A stretch of DNA of 63,982 bases, counting the filler, from Barthelona sp. PAP020 (Eukaryota), in assembly GCA_040182905.1 (NCBI GenBank). It is 9 parts of 9 records of this genome, joined end to end, with 100 filler letters (N's around TTAATTAATTAA, not from the genome) between each part and the next. Parts side by side here need not be neighbours in the genome. Positions count along the whole stretch, not along the records: positions 1 to 7,210 come from JARQWU010000505.1; positions 7,311 to 14,480 come from JARQWU010000506.1; 7 more parts are not named here. The stretch is one strand, 5' to 3'. Under the pieces are notes generated by a model. It was not told the origin of the DNA. It was given only the letters and a program-made list of their open reading frames with translations, and made no database searches. Position numbers and translations under genes: made by a program. Numbering within the stretch: position 1 is the stretch's first letter; every line of letters begins with the position of its first letter. Positions 1 through 9,795 of the stretch are shown one piece after another.

Positions 1-1424
1 ACACTCTAAGTTGCTTTTCTTCAGCAGACAACATTTTTTGTTGAAGTTCACCAGCCTGTTTAACTGCTTCAGCTGCTTGTGAGTTAACAGCAACTGAAAC
101 TCTTCTTCTGGGAACAATGGGAATTTTTTCTTCTTCCTCCTTCTTTTTAGTGGCTTCCTCTTGCATTTTTCTTAACATTGAGGGATCAGCAACGGATTGT
201 CTTCTTGCCTTAACAACTTGAGCAGGCATTGGTTCATTATGATCAACGTTCATATCATCACGTTGAACATCCTCAGGAATAGCATCTAATGAATTTTCTG
301 GTGGTGCCATTTGAGAAACAACTTGAGTATCCTCCATTTTTTGAAGGTTTTCAATATCCTTTGGAACATATCTGCCTGCCAAAATGTCTTGAGTTTTTCT
401 ATCCTTCAATAGATGATATGTTGCAGTGACTTGATTATGTTTTTGATTTTCGATACATTCGCGTGCAAAGTCAATTTCAAACCCGAATTGAGGAAGTTGA
501 GAAAGTATCTCTTCATCAATGACTCCACTTTCTTCATAAACTGGAACTGCTTCTTCATCACCAGGACCGCTCCAGGTGTTACGATACCATGGATGTTGTT
601 TAATTTGATCAATAGTATATCTACGCTGGGGATTAACAACTAAAATACGTCTTAATAAATCGCGGGCACCAGGAGACACAAATGGAGGTATTGTAAACCT
701 TCCAGAAAGAATCTTTTGATAAAGCGCTGAAGTATTTGAATCTTCAAAAGGCAAATATCCACAAATAAGAGCAAATAAAATAACTCCCATCGACCAAATA
801 TCAACAGAAGGTCCTGCATATTGTTTACCAGCTATCATTTCAGGTGCAGCATAACAAGGTGAACCACAAGCTGTTTTCAAATAATTGTTTGCTTTAATGG
901 TATTAGAAAGCCCAAAATCAATAATTTTTATATTCTTATGTTCATCTAACAACAAGTTTTCAGGTTTCAAATCACGATGAATTACATGATGTTTGTGACA
1001 ATAATCAACACCTTCAGAAATTTGATGGAAAAATCTACATGCTTCACGTTCTTTTAAACGACCTCTTGCAACAATATAATCAAATAACTCACCGCCAGTT
1101 GCAAAATCAGTTACTAAATAAATATGATTTGGAGTATTAATAACTTCGAATAAACGAAGTACATAAGGATGAGAAATTAACTTCAAAATATGAATTTCAC
1201 GTGAAATACGCTCCATATCCACAGCATCGACTATTCTTCTCTTTTCTAAAACTTTCATAGCTACCTAACATGTTAGTATTTGATTAAATGTGCATATTTC
1301 AAACCTTTGAATTGGTTGGGATATGTGTTCCCAATTTGACTTTTCCAAATGTTCCTTCCCCAACAGTCTTGCCAATAATATAATTACCAACTCTTTTGAC
1401 ACGTGTTGCTCGTTCAGAACCCAT
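1..1424 (-). CDS. SNF1: AMPK/SNF1 catalytic alpha-type kinase (kinase + UBA-like region), 3' end runs off window; one intron 1265-1304
   Basis: Manual translation: MGSERATRVKRVGNYIIGKTVGEGTFGKVKLGTH...K|VAMKVLEK...GGELFDYIVARGRLKEREA...HRDLKPENLL...DFGLSN...TACGSPCYAAPE; absent from ORF track (intron, no stop in window). Confidence 0.92.
1265..1304 (-). other. 40-nt spliceosomal intron in SNF1
   Basis: GTTTGA...TACTAACATGTTAG; removal joins kinase subdomains I and II in frame. Confidence 0.92.
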
Positions 1425-1874
1425 TGTAAAATTAAAAAAATACGCAATATTCAAATTTTTTTTTGTCCTTTGCAATTCAAAGTTAAACTTCCAACATTTA
1501 ATAGTATTTTTATCAAAACAACAGATTTCTATGAAATTTACACAACACCCAAAAAATAATCAATAATTTTTCTTTTTTTTGGGATTAAATTTTTTTTTGA
1601 TATTTTTTAAGTTCCTTCAAATATTCAAATATCACTAAAAGTGGCACAATTTTATAAAAGTACAAAAAAAAAATCTGTTGATGGAAGTTCGCTTGCATGT
1701 ACTGTTTGTGGTTTTAATTTTCTGTCCTAATTTTTCAGCATAATAATCCATTAAGATATTTTATTTGGCTTTCATTGAGCATTTTGCGAATTTCTTCATT
1801 TTAAGGCTTTTCAATTTGGTTGAGAAATAAAATTTCACTAATTATGGTAAAAAATAATAATAATAATAACTTTT

Positions 1875-2837
1875 TTACAAAAAAGGCTGTCTTTTGGTTA
1901 GGTTTTCCACTGTATGAACAGGAAACATATCTTTCAAGCTTTCGTGACAATTATGAAACATTTTCATATGTTTATCACAACTCTTGGGTCTATAAAATGA
2001 CATGTTACAGTATACGCAATCAAAATCTCTTTCAAAATGATAGCATTCTTGATGTGACATTAATTTCTCACGACTGCCAAAATCAATTCCACAAAATCCA
2101 CATTGAAATGGCTCTCTGCCTATATGTTCCAACAAAATGTGACTATCCAAATCCATTGTTGACAAAAATTCATGCGAGCAAAAATCACATTTGTAACTAA
2201 TTTTTTCAACATCATCATGATACCGTGTTAAATGCTTATCCAAGAGATTCTTCTTTCTAAAACCATATTCACAATGTGGACAATGAAATTTGTCTTTTTC
2301 ATGAAAGCTCTCTGCGTGTCTGTTCAAATGCGCTTGTTGCCCAAAACAACGTTCACATTTTAAACACTGAAATGTCTTGTATTTACCATGTACTTGTCTT
2401 AGATGGCGTTTAATATCACCATTGACACCAAAAACTTTTCCACATAAATGACATTTGGACGAACCTGATTCATCATGTGATTGCTTTAAATGATTGTCTA
2501 ATTCCATTAAGGTATCAAATAGGCTACTACAATACATACATTTCTTTTTCCCTTCCAATGTATGCTCATGACTATTTTTAATGTGTTTTTCTAACGAATT
2601 TGCGTTGCGGAATTCTTTTTTGCAATGATCACATCGATATATTTTAATTTCGTGAAAACTTTTAAGATGAATATCCATTGCTTTTCTTGAAGTTAACATC
2701 TTTCCACAATGTTCACATTTAAATACTTCTTCTTTGTGAACTTTCGTGCGATGTCTTCTCATATTGACATCAGTATCAAATACCTTGCCACAAACGGTAC
2801 ATGGAAATCCTTCTGAATATGTGGATGGAGGTGGCAT
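1875..2837 (-). CDS. C2H2 zinc-finger protein, 10 fingers
   Basis: Ten CxxC-x12-Hx4H units. Confidence 0.9.
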   Translation of the reverse strand: MPPPSTYSEGFPCTVCGKVFDTDVNMRRHRTKVHKEEVFKCEHCGKMLTSRKAMDIHLKSFHEIKIYRCDHCKKEFRNANSLEKHIKNSHEHTLEGKKKCMYCSSLFDTLMELDNHLKQSHDESGSSKCHLCGKVFGVNGDIKRHLRQVHGKYKTFQCLKCERCFGQQAHLNRHAESFHEKDKFHCPHCEYGFRKKNLLDKHLTRYHDDVEKISYKCDFCSHEFLSTMDLDSHILLEHIGREPFQCGFCGIDFGSREKLMSHQECYHFERDFDCVYCNMSFYRPKSCDKHMKMFHNCHESLKDMFPVHTVENLTKRQPFL

Positions 2838-3501
2838 TCGTTATTTAAACAACAAAATACAATTTTGTTTCACTTTAAAGAAAAAAAATTCAATTTTATT
2901 TAATGGAACTTGTTGATCTTAAGCATAAACTTTATGTTTTATCAAAAAAGAGGTGTTGTTTTGTCTAAGACTGGTAATAAATATTAGTCGATTTATAAAC
3001 AAAAGATGATTCTCACAAATATAAATGGTTTAACAATAGAAAACTTTGTTCTTTCTCCAGAAAATTAATCAATCAAAACAACAACAAAGATTGCTAAGAG
3101 TATTAAGATCAAAAATTGTTTTTCCAAATAATTTTTATCTTTCTGTTTGAAATTCATAAAACTGTGCCAATTAAAAAATGTATTGAATTATGAAGAAAAA
3201 TTAAAAAGAGTACTGATAGAACGACAATTTAGTCAATCGTTTTGAAGGTAATATATTCAAATGTTAAAATGAAGGGGTTAATACATAATAAATTTGAAAA
3301 GAATGGGTATAACTAGATAACTGAAAGACACATAAAAAGAAAAAATTCAACCACCAAAAGAAATTAATTGAAGTATACATACAAACAATATTTACAAAAT
3401 ATATTATAACAATGCGACAATGAAATGAATAAAAAAATTGAAAAACTTTTGCAATTATTTGTTGTATAATCAGCTCTGTTTTTTCTCGGCAATTATTATC
3501 T

Positions 3502-4025
3502 ATGTCTCCTTCTGGTATGCTATAATGATGATATTAATGATTAATGATGTATATTTTACGTCATTAAGTTATCTTTTAAAAAATTTTGTTGCAACAATAT
3601 TCTAATGTTTAGGTCAAGCTCAAAAGGCTCAAAAGATTGTTCAATCCGGTGCCCGTAACGTTCAAAAGAAAATGCGTACCTCTGTTCGTTTCACTCGCCC
3701 AAAAACTCTTAAATTAAAGAGAAGCCCTCGTTATGCGGTCAATCCTATTGTTAACGATGCTATGATGGACGCTTTTCAAATTATTCGTCATCCCATTAAC
3801 AACGAAACTGCTCTTTTTAAGATGGAAAATTTGAACACAATGACTTATATTGTTGATCCTCATGCCTCAAAGAATCAAATCAAACAAGCTTTCTTAGAAC
3901 TCTATGACATCGCTCCTGCTCGTGTTAACACATTAAACTGTGTCAATGGTGGAAAGAAAGCCTATATTACCTTACCTAAGGATGTTGAAGCTCTTGTTCA
4001 AGCTTCCAAGATTGGTATTCTTTAA
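3502..4025 (+). CDS. RPL23A: 60S ribosomal protein uL23/L23a; exons 3502-3514 and 3613-4025
   Basis: RTSVRFTRPKTLKLKRSPRY...KKAYITL...ASKIGIL; spliced N-terminus MSPSGQAQKAQK. Confidence 0.95.
3515..3612 (+). other. 98-nt spliceosomal intron in RPL23A
   Basis: GTATGC...TTCTAATGTTTAG; phase 1, joins upstream ATG in frame. Confidence 0.88.
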
Positions 4026-4105
4026 ACGGATCTCCACTTTCATAAATCGCCGAGTATTTTGTTTTTTGTTCTTTTTTCTTCATTGTTTTTGATTTGACAA
4101 TTGTT

Positions 4106-4300
4106 ATGAATGTTGACGAAAAACTAACAAACACCAATAATATATCTGCCTTTTATCATCTTGATGTTGAAGGAAATTTCGGAAACCGAAATAGTTTTGA
4201 TTGTGACAATCAAAAATCAAAATTTAAAGCAATTTATGAAAGTTTAGATGACACAGCTGATATTTTAATGCTTATGTATCGTAGGTCGAAAATGGTATAG
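4106..4300 (+). CDS. Small hypothetical protein
   Basis: 64-codon ORF with protein-like composition; no family recognised. Confidence 0.3.
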   Translation: MNVDEKLTNTNNISAFYHLDVEGNFGNRNSFDCDNQKSKFKAIYESLDDTADILMLMYRRSKMV

Positions 4301-4551
4301 TTTTTCATGCTTCAAATTTTCCAATAAATTTCTTATTTTATATGATAAATGAGTCACAACATTTTAATTGCAAATTCCTTGCGTTTTCTTTCAAAATATG
4401 TTAATCTTTTTGTTTAAAATATGAAATTTATCAGTTTTGCTTGTTCTAACAATTCAATATTTTTTTACGGATAAACGCGGATCAACTTGTACACTTTTTT
4501 TTTTTCAATATTTTAATTTTTCGTTCATTTCGAAGTTATTTAATTTGCATA

Positions 4552-4836
4552 ATGTCAATTTTACCTTCTTTGAAAACACTTGATGAACAAAACGATGCTT
4601 TATTAAATTTGTGGAAAGATAGCTTTTTTCAACTGTTAAAAATAGTTCAAGAAGATAATTCTGGGTCAAATGATAATGCTAATGATGCAATGAATGAGCA
4701 ATTATCAAGTTTGCAAGAAGAAAATAAAATATTGAAACAACATATAGAAAAATTGACTACTGTTACGAATCAACAACACAACATCATTACCAACTTTCGA
4801 AAAATGTTAAAAAACTCTGAAATAAAAGAAGAATAA
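4552..4836 (+). CDS. Small coiled-coil protein
   Basis: Heptad pattern LSSLQEENKILKQHIEKL. Confidence 0.6.
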   Translation: MSILPSLKTLDEQNDALLNLWKDSFFQLLKIVQEDNSGSNDNANDAMNEQLSSLQEENKILKQHIEKLTTVTNQQHNIITNFRKMLKNSEIKEE

Positions 4837-4862
4837 CTAATATTTATGAAAGAAAAATTTTT

Positions 4863-5819
4863 TTAAATGAACACACGAAAATCTTTGCTGTCAAATTCAT
4901 TTAAAAGTTGATTTTTAAATTCTGTAAAATATATATTAAATTCCATGACATTTTGTGATAAATTTATAAATTTTTCATTGAATTTATAAGTTTCTTTGAT
5001 AAAATAATCATAAAAAGGTTTGCTAAAATGAAAATTTGAATTTTTAAAATCAAACGTTTGGTTTTCATTCATGAAATTCAAAATTAAATAATTGCCATAA
5101 ATTTTTGCAAATTTTTCCATTTTTGTTGCTTTTACTAATTCATTCAATAAATTCAAAACAGTGATAGCAAAAGGGTAGTTTTCATTGAAAGCTTGATCCA
5201 AAAATTGATCACTCTTTGTCACATTTATCATCCCATAAAGTGAAAGAATTCCATTTCCTCTAAAATCTGTTGTTAAATTACTCTGTTGAAAACCTATTTT
5301 AGTCCATAAGCTATTAGGAATAAGTTCATCAAAATTTTCCAAAGAAAAAGGTTTAAAATCAGGTAAATGCTGGAAACTCAAGTTAGCCAAAGAAATAACT
5401 AATTCCTTATGAGTTACGTTGGTTTTGTCAAAACAAATCTTTTGTAAGCCAAATAACTGTGAAGAATTTAGTTGATAATAAACCTCAAAACTGATCAATT
5501 GTCTCATTTCATTAAAATAAGATTCATGTATAAAAAGTAACAAATCTTCAGTAATTTTTGTGATAAACTCTTCGATTTCATCTTGGGTTGTTGAATCAAA
5601 TTCATAACTTGAACAGAAGCATTCAATTCTGTCATTCAACTTAGAAATGTGTTCTTTTTTTGCAGTCATCAAATACTTGTGAAAATAATAAAAATGTATT
5701 GAAGTAAGTCTATTGTGTTTAATATTCTCACAAATACGCACTATTTCTGTTTTCTTTGTTATAATTCTAATAATAAATCGAATAAAATTTAATATAAAAA
5801 GATATAAATTCATGTACAA
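4863..5819 (-). CDS. ELMO-domain (ELMOD, Arf-family GAP-like) protein
   Basis: WTKIGFQQSNLTTDFRGNGILSL and YPFAITVLNL motifs. Confidence 0.85.
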   Translation of the reverse strand: MYMNLYLFILNFIRFIIRIITKKTEIVRICENIKHNRLTSIHFYYFHKYLMTAKKEHISKLNDRIECFCSSYEFDSTTQDEIEEFITKITEDLLLFIHESYFNEMRQLISFEVYYQLNSSQLFGLQKICFDKTNVTHKELVISLANLSFQHLPDFKPFSLENFDELIPNSLWTKIGFQQSNLTTDFRGNGILSLYGMINVTKSDQFLDQAFNENYPFAITVLNLLNELVKATKMEKFAKIYGNYLILNFMNENQTFDFKNSNFHFSKPFYDYFIKETYKFNEKFINLSQNVMEFNIYFTEFKNQLLNEFDSKDFRVFI

Positions 5820-5853
5820 TAAAAAAAAAGTAAAAGAAAGGGTTTCTGTAACA

Positions 5854-6287
5854 ATGAGTTCAAATGGTTTGGAAACAATTGTGAATCATAACCTACAATA
5901 ACTGGGTGAACTTCAACAAAATTTTCAACAAATGAAGCAACAAAATCGAAATTATTTTGCAAGATTGTTTAATTTGATGCAATTTTAGGTGAAACAAATT
6001 ATTTTGATGATGGACATAAAGATTGTTAAATTGAAAGGTTAGAAGGGCCAGTATTAATTCCTCAAGATTTTCAAGAAATCAGATTCACAGTTAACACAAT
6101 GTATTCAATTTATAATCGTGAAAGTTAAAAGCTTTTATCTAAATTAAAGGAAATTAATGCTGAAATTGATCAAAAGAAACTTGAGTATGGAGAAGCAATT
6201 GTTCACTTGAATAAAGAACGACAAAATATCGGAAACCAACATCATCCTTCAATCGTCAGATTATCAATAAAATTTCAGTTTCATTAA
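5854..6287 (+). pseudogene. Disrupted coiled-coil gene
   Basis: Protein-like reading MSSNGLETIVNHNLQ*LGELQQ...EIDQKKLEYGEAIVHL with TAA at 5899, 6027, 6126 and a frameshift near 5970. Confidence 0.5.
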
Positions 6288-6406
6288 AATTCCCATAAAC
6301 TTCCTCACATTTTTCGTTTTCTTCAATAATCTTACTCTTTTTTAGAAATAAACAAATAATAAAAAGTTAAAACGACTTTACTCCACCAAATAAGATCCAA
6401 TTGTTA

Positions 6407-6943
6407 TCAGAAAGCAAATTCAGCGTTGCGACCAGTAAGATCCTTATAAACTAAGGAGAAAAGATGGGTACGATCTTCAGCCAATTCCTTGTGAGTTTGA
6501 TCAAGTCTAATGTATTCAGTTTGAACAGACTTACGGTCACCAGAACGAAGAGTATAGCGGACATGTCTGCCAATAATTTCAGAAGGGAAAACAACATCTT
6601 CAAGGACCATTTGATGAACAGCAGTAAGTGTACGGCTATGGGGTCTTTTTTGACGCTTAATGTGACTTTTGCTGCTTTCTTGAGGAATAATAGTAGCCTT
6701 AGAAACAAAAATGCAGGGACAGTTCATCTTCTTTTCCATGTCAGTAGTAAGTCTGTCTTGGAAAACACGAAGACGTTTCATCAAAGGAACGGGAACGAAA
6801 ATAACACAAACTTCGGTATCTTCAACTACAATTTTCTTAGCTCCAACAATCTTGAAATTGTTGAGATGATGCTTAAGATCACTGTTGGTATTTTGGATAT
6901 CAATAATATCTTGTTTGATTTGTTCTAACACTGGTTCAGCCAT
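6407..6943 (-). CDS. RPS7: 40S ribosomal protein eS7
   Basis: IFVPVP...RQKRPHSRTLTAVH...LEDVVFPSEIIGR. Confidence 0.96.
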   Translation of the reverse strand: MAEPVLEQIKQDIIDIQNTNSDLKHHLNNFKIVGAKKIVVEDTEVCVIFVPVPLMKRLRVFQDRLTTDMEKKMNCPCIFVSKATIIPQESSKSHIKRQKRPHSRTLTAVHQMVLEDVVFPSEIIGRHVRYTLRSGDRKSVQTEYIRLDQTHKELAEDRTHLFSLVYKDLTGRNAEFAF

Positions 6944-7055
6944 CTAATCAAGGTAGGAAAAAGCCTCTTATATAAAAAAATGAAGGAAAAGTTATAAAAT
7001 GAAAATTAAAAAATTGTAAATTTTCTTCACTTTTTGTCCTACATATTTATTATCA

Positions 7056-7210
7056 ATGGTATGATTTATTGATGTAATTAATTATTTACATTTATTCTTG
7101 ACTTCAATAACTAATATTAGGCTGTCAAAAAATCTTGGAACGTCAGATCTGAAACTGAAAAGAAAAATTACAAAGTTGCTTTCGATACTGAAGGTAAATT
7201 AACCTATGAC
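7056..7210 (+). CDS. 5' end of an unidentified gene (ATG-only first exon, intron 7059-7120), cut by contig end
   Basis: ATG|GTATGA...ACTAATATTAG|GCT; spliced product MAVKKSWNVRSETEKKNYKVAFDTEGKLTYD open to the gap. Confidence 0.75.
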
Positions 7211-7310
7211 NNNNNNNNNNNNNNNNNNNNNNNNNNNNNNNNNNNNNNNNNNNNTTAATTAATTAANNNNNNNNNNNNNNNNNNNNNNNNNNNNNNNNNN
7301 NNNNNNNNNN
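7211..7310. other. Artificial contig linker; same 100-nt linker at 14481, 21731, 29029, 36219, 43402, 50572, 57737
   Basis: N-run + TTAATTAATTAA (six-frame stop) + N-run. Confidence 0.98.
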
Positions 7311-7597
7311 TATACGGTGTGTTATTGAAATGAGTAGTTGGGAAAGCCTTGAATTTGAATCCTGGCTGTTTGAAATGACTTAGTTCTGATTGAAAGATTG
7401 GACGATATTAAATCCCTAAAAAAAAAAGAAATGACTTCAATAACTTTGGATAGAAAATTTGATTAAGGAAATTCAGACAATGGTTGAAAATTTTCGGAAA
7501 ATTTCTTTTGTAATCTTTCAAGATTTTTTATTAGCCAGTGAAATTGGATTCTTCTTTGTCTTAAGCTCAACTAGTTGTTTTATTATCTGATAAATTC

Positions 7598-8092
7598 TGA
7601 AATACGAGAAATTTTGCTTGATTCAAATTCTGGCGCATTTCTTCACGCTTTTCTTTTTGCCTCCTTGTGAAATGCCCGCTACGCTTCACAATTTCATGAT
7701 GCAAAACAGAAAATGATTGTTTCACACGACAATAATAATAAATGTTTATAAAGATCTTGATTGTTCTCGGTTAGAGTTTGGGGGTACTTGCAACTGAGTC
7801 GTTTTGTGTGGATGGTTCAGAACACTCTTAAAAAAAATAAAAGTTTAATAATCTTTTCCCTTCTTGCCTGTAAATTTTGATCGTTCTTCTCTGGGTTTCC
7901 TTGATGAAGCCTTGTAATTCTTTGCTAACCTACTATGTACACTTGTATCCTTATTACCCTGAATCATTTGATTATTTGTTGTTATTTCACTTTCAAATTT
8001 GATATCCACTAATATCAGAAATTGCAAGAAGAAACCTTAAACACATTTATATTGTCTTTTATGTGAAATCCGTCCGCTTTGCTACGAATACA
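7598..8092. repeat. Dispersed repeat family 1, copy a (decayed coding-like)
   Basis: 7598-7695 = reverse complement of 21630-21727; ~7740-7796 = reverse complement of 21279-21333; ~7870-8092 similar to 14815-15043. Confidence 0.9.
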
Positions 8093-8130
8093 AAAAAATG
8101 GCATTTTCATTCATGAAAACATCTTCAAAA

Positions 8131-9384
8131 TTATTGTTTATCAAGGGGCATAACAGGGGCTTTTCTTATTATACATTGTTGTTGCGATTGAGATTGAAAA
8201 TTTCCAACTTTCTTTGATCTATCTCCTGTATTAATAGCCCAACGATCAACCATCAACAAATGGTCTTTGGACATAAAACCACAAGGACCCAATGAATTAT
8301 GCTCTGTGAAATGGAAGTAATGTTTAACTGAAACAGATTCATCGTTTGGGATAACTTCGAAAACATTCAATGCACAGTGTACCAAACCATCAGCAGTCAA
8401 CTCATCAGTTTGCTGAAAGAATATGTTTTTGTTTTCAACAGAGTCCATGCCCTCAATACCAATTGACCAACATAACACCATATTTTGATAAAAGTTAATG
8501 TCTGTAATTGGAACTTCCAAAGCAAATATCTGTCTTTTTACTATAAATTTGAGGTCACAAAGTGCAATTAAACCATACTCAGATCCAAAAATCCACCCAT
8601 CTTCATATCTTAAAACACATGTAATTGCATGGTCAAAAATTTGCTTTGTGTCCAAAATATCACCTGTACGACCAATAACAAATACAAACCCACTTTTGGA
8701 TGCAATAATAAGCTCCTCATCTTGTAAATTTATAACATTCGTTGCAAATTCAGGAGGTAACGTAACAATACGATGTTCAATTTTCATTTCATCATCAACA
8801 GAAAAAATAATTATTCTTGCAGGCAATAACAGAACAATAAGACCATAAAAAGCAAAAACTTTGTAATTTTCATACTCAAAAATGGAAAGCTTAGGATTCT
8901 CAATGAAAACAGGATCATGATTATCAGCACAACATTGTACGACAAAAGTTTGCCTTTTATTAATCCCCAAAATAAATGGAATTGGTTGCTCATTACCATT
9001 TCTCTTGTTGTAAGAAGTCGCAATCATGTGAATATTGCTTGATATTACATTAGTATCAAGATCATACCTGATATGATGTTCACCAACAAACTCATACAAG
9101 TGGGTCTTAAATAAGGCTAAATTCCTAGGTTTATTTGTGTTTTTTGAACTATTTTCGTTTGGAAGAGATGAAAAAGTTTTAAAAAAAATCAATTCATCCT
9201 TTATTAATGGCGTCATTCCATGTAAATTGGTATAATAATGTTTTTCTGACACATATTTTTCATCATCTTTAAAATCTTTTTCGTTTTTGTCATAACGCTT
9301 TTTTTCACTATACATTCTTTGTTTTTGGCGTTTTCCATGTTGAAAATGTGAATGTGAATGTTGATGTGGTCTATTTCTGTTCAT
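8131..9384 (-). CDS. Divergent beta-propeller (WD40-like) protein with basic N-terminus
   Basis: FDHAITCVLRYEDGWIFGSEYGLIALCDL repeat-like segment; start uncertain (9384 or 9420). Confidence 0.6.
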   Translation of the reverse strand: MNRNRPHQHSHSHFQHGKRQKQRMYSEKKRYDKNEKDFKDDEKYVSEKHYYTNLHGMTPLIKDELIFFKTFSSLPNENSSKNTNKPRNLALFKTHLYEFVGEHHIRYDLDTNVISSNIHMIATSYNKRNGNEQPIPFILGINKRQTFVVQCCADNHDPVFIENPKLSIFEYENYKVFAFYGLIVLLLPARIIIFSVDDEMKIEHRIVTLPPEFATNVINLQDEELIIASKSGFVFVIGRTGDILDTKQIFDHAITCVLRYEDGWIFGSEYGLIALCDLKFIVKRQIFALEVPITDINFYQNMVLCWSIGIEGMDSVENKNIFFQQTDELTADGLVHCALNVFEVIPNDESVSVKHYFHFTEHNSLGPCGFMSKDHLLMVDRWAINTGDRSKKVGNFQSQSQQQCIIRKAPVMPLDKQ

Positions 9385-9550
9385 ATTTAAAAAAAAAAGA
9401 AATTTCTTTTTTTCATTCATATTTTTTTATTCATACACTTTTTTCTATGAGTTTGAGGGGTTTATTGGGGCTATGGATTTTGTCTTGAGCGTAATTGATA
9501 TCGAAGGGGAGCCTTCTTAAAGAAAAAAAAAACTTAATCTTAAAATGTAA

Positions 9551-9700
9551 GCTTGCTGTATAGAGCAGAAAATAGGACTTGTAGAATTTCTTCTTTATCT
9601 TTCCGCCAAAACGATTTTTTACCAACCACTTCCGATAATGGAAACTTTGTCTATATGTATGATAGTCTTTACCCATTATGATATTCTACGCGTCTATAAA
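9551..9700. ncRNA. Candidate structured RNA, class unknown
   Basis: Nested complementary pairs 9559-9564/9693-9698, 9581-9587/9683-9689, 9635-9641/9673-9679 in a GC-richer intergenic island. Confidence 0.3.
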
Positions 9701-9795
9701 TGTAAATGAAAACATATTTGATATGGTCAAATATTATTTTTTGTTTGTGCAAATCAATTAGAATTTGTTTCTATTTATGTTTAATTGAAATATAG

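Noticed and set aside
3525..3600. Intronic C/D snoRNA in RPL23A (ATGATGA)
   Set aside because: No CTGA box D and no rRNA complement seen
7255..7266. Periodic TTAATTAATTAA every ~7.2 kb as a biological repeat
   Set aside because: Always embedded in N runs; six-frame stop linker
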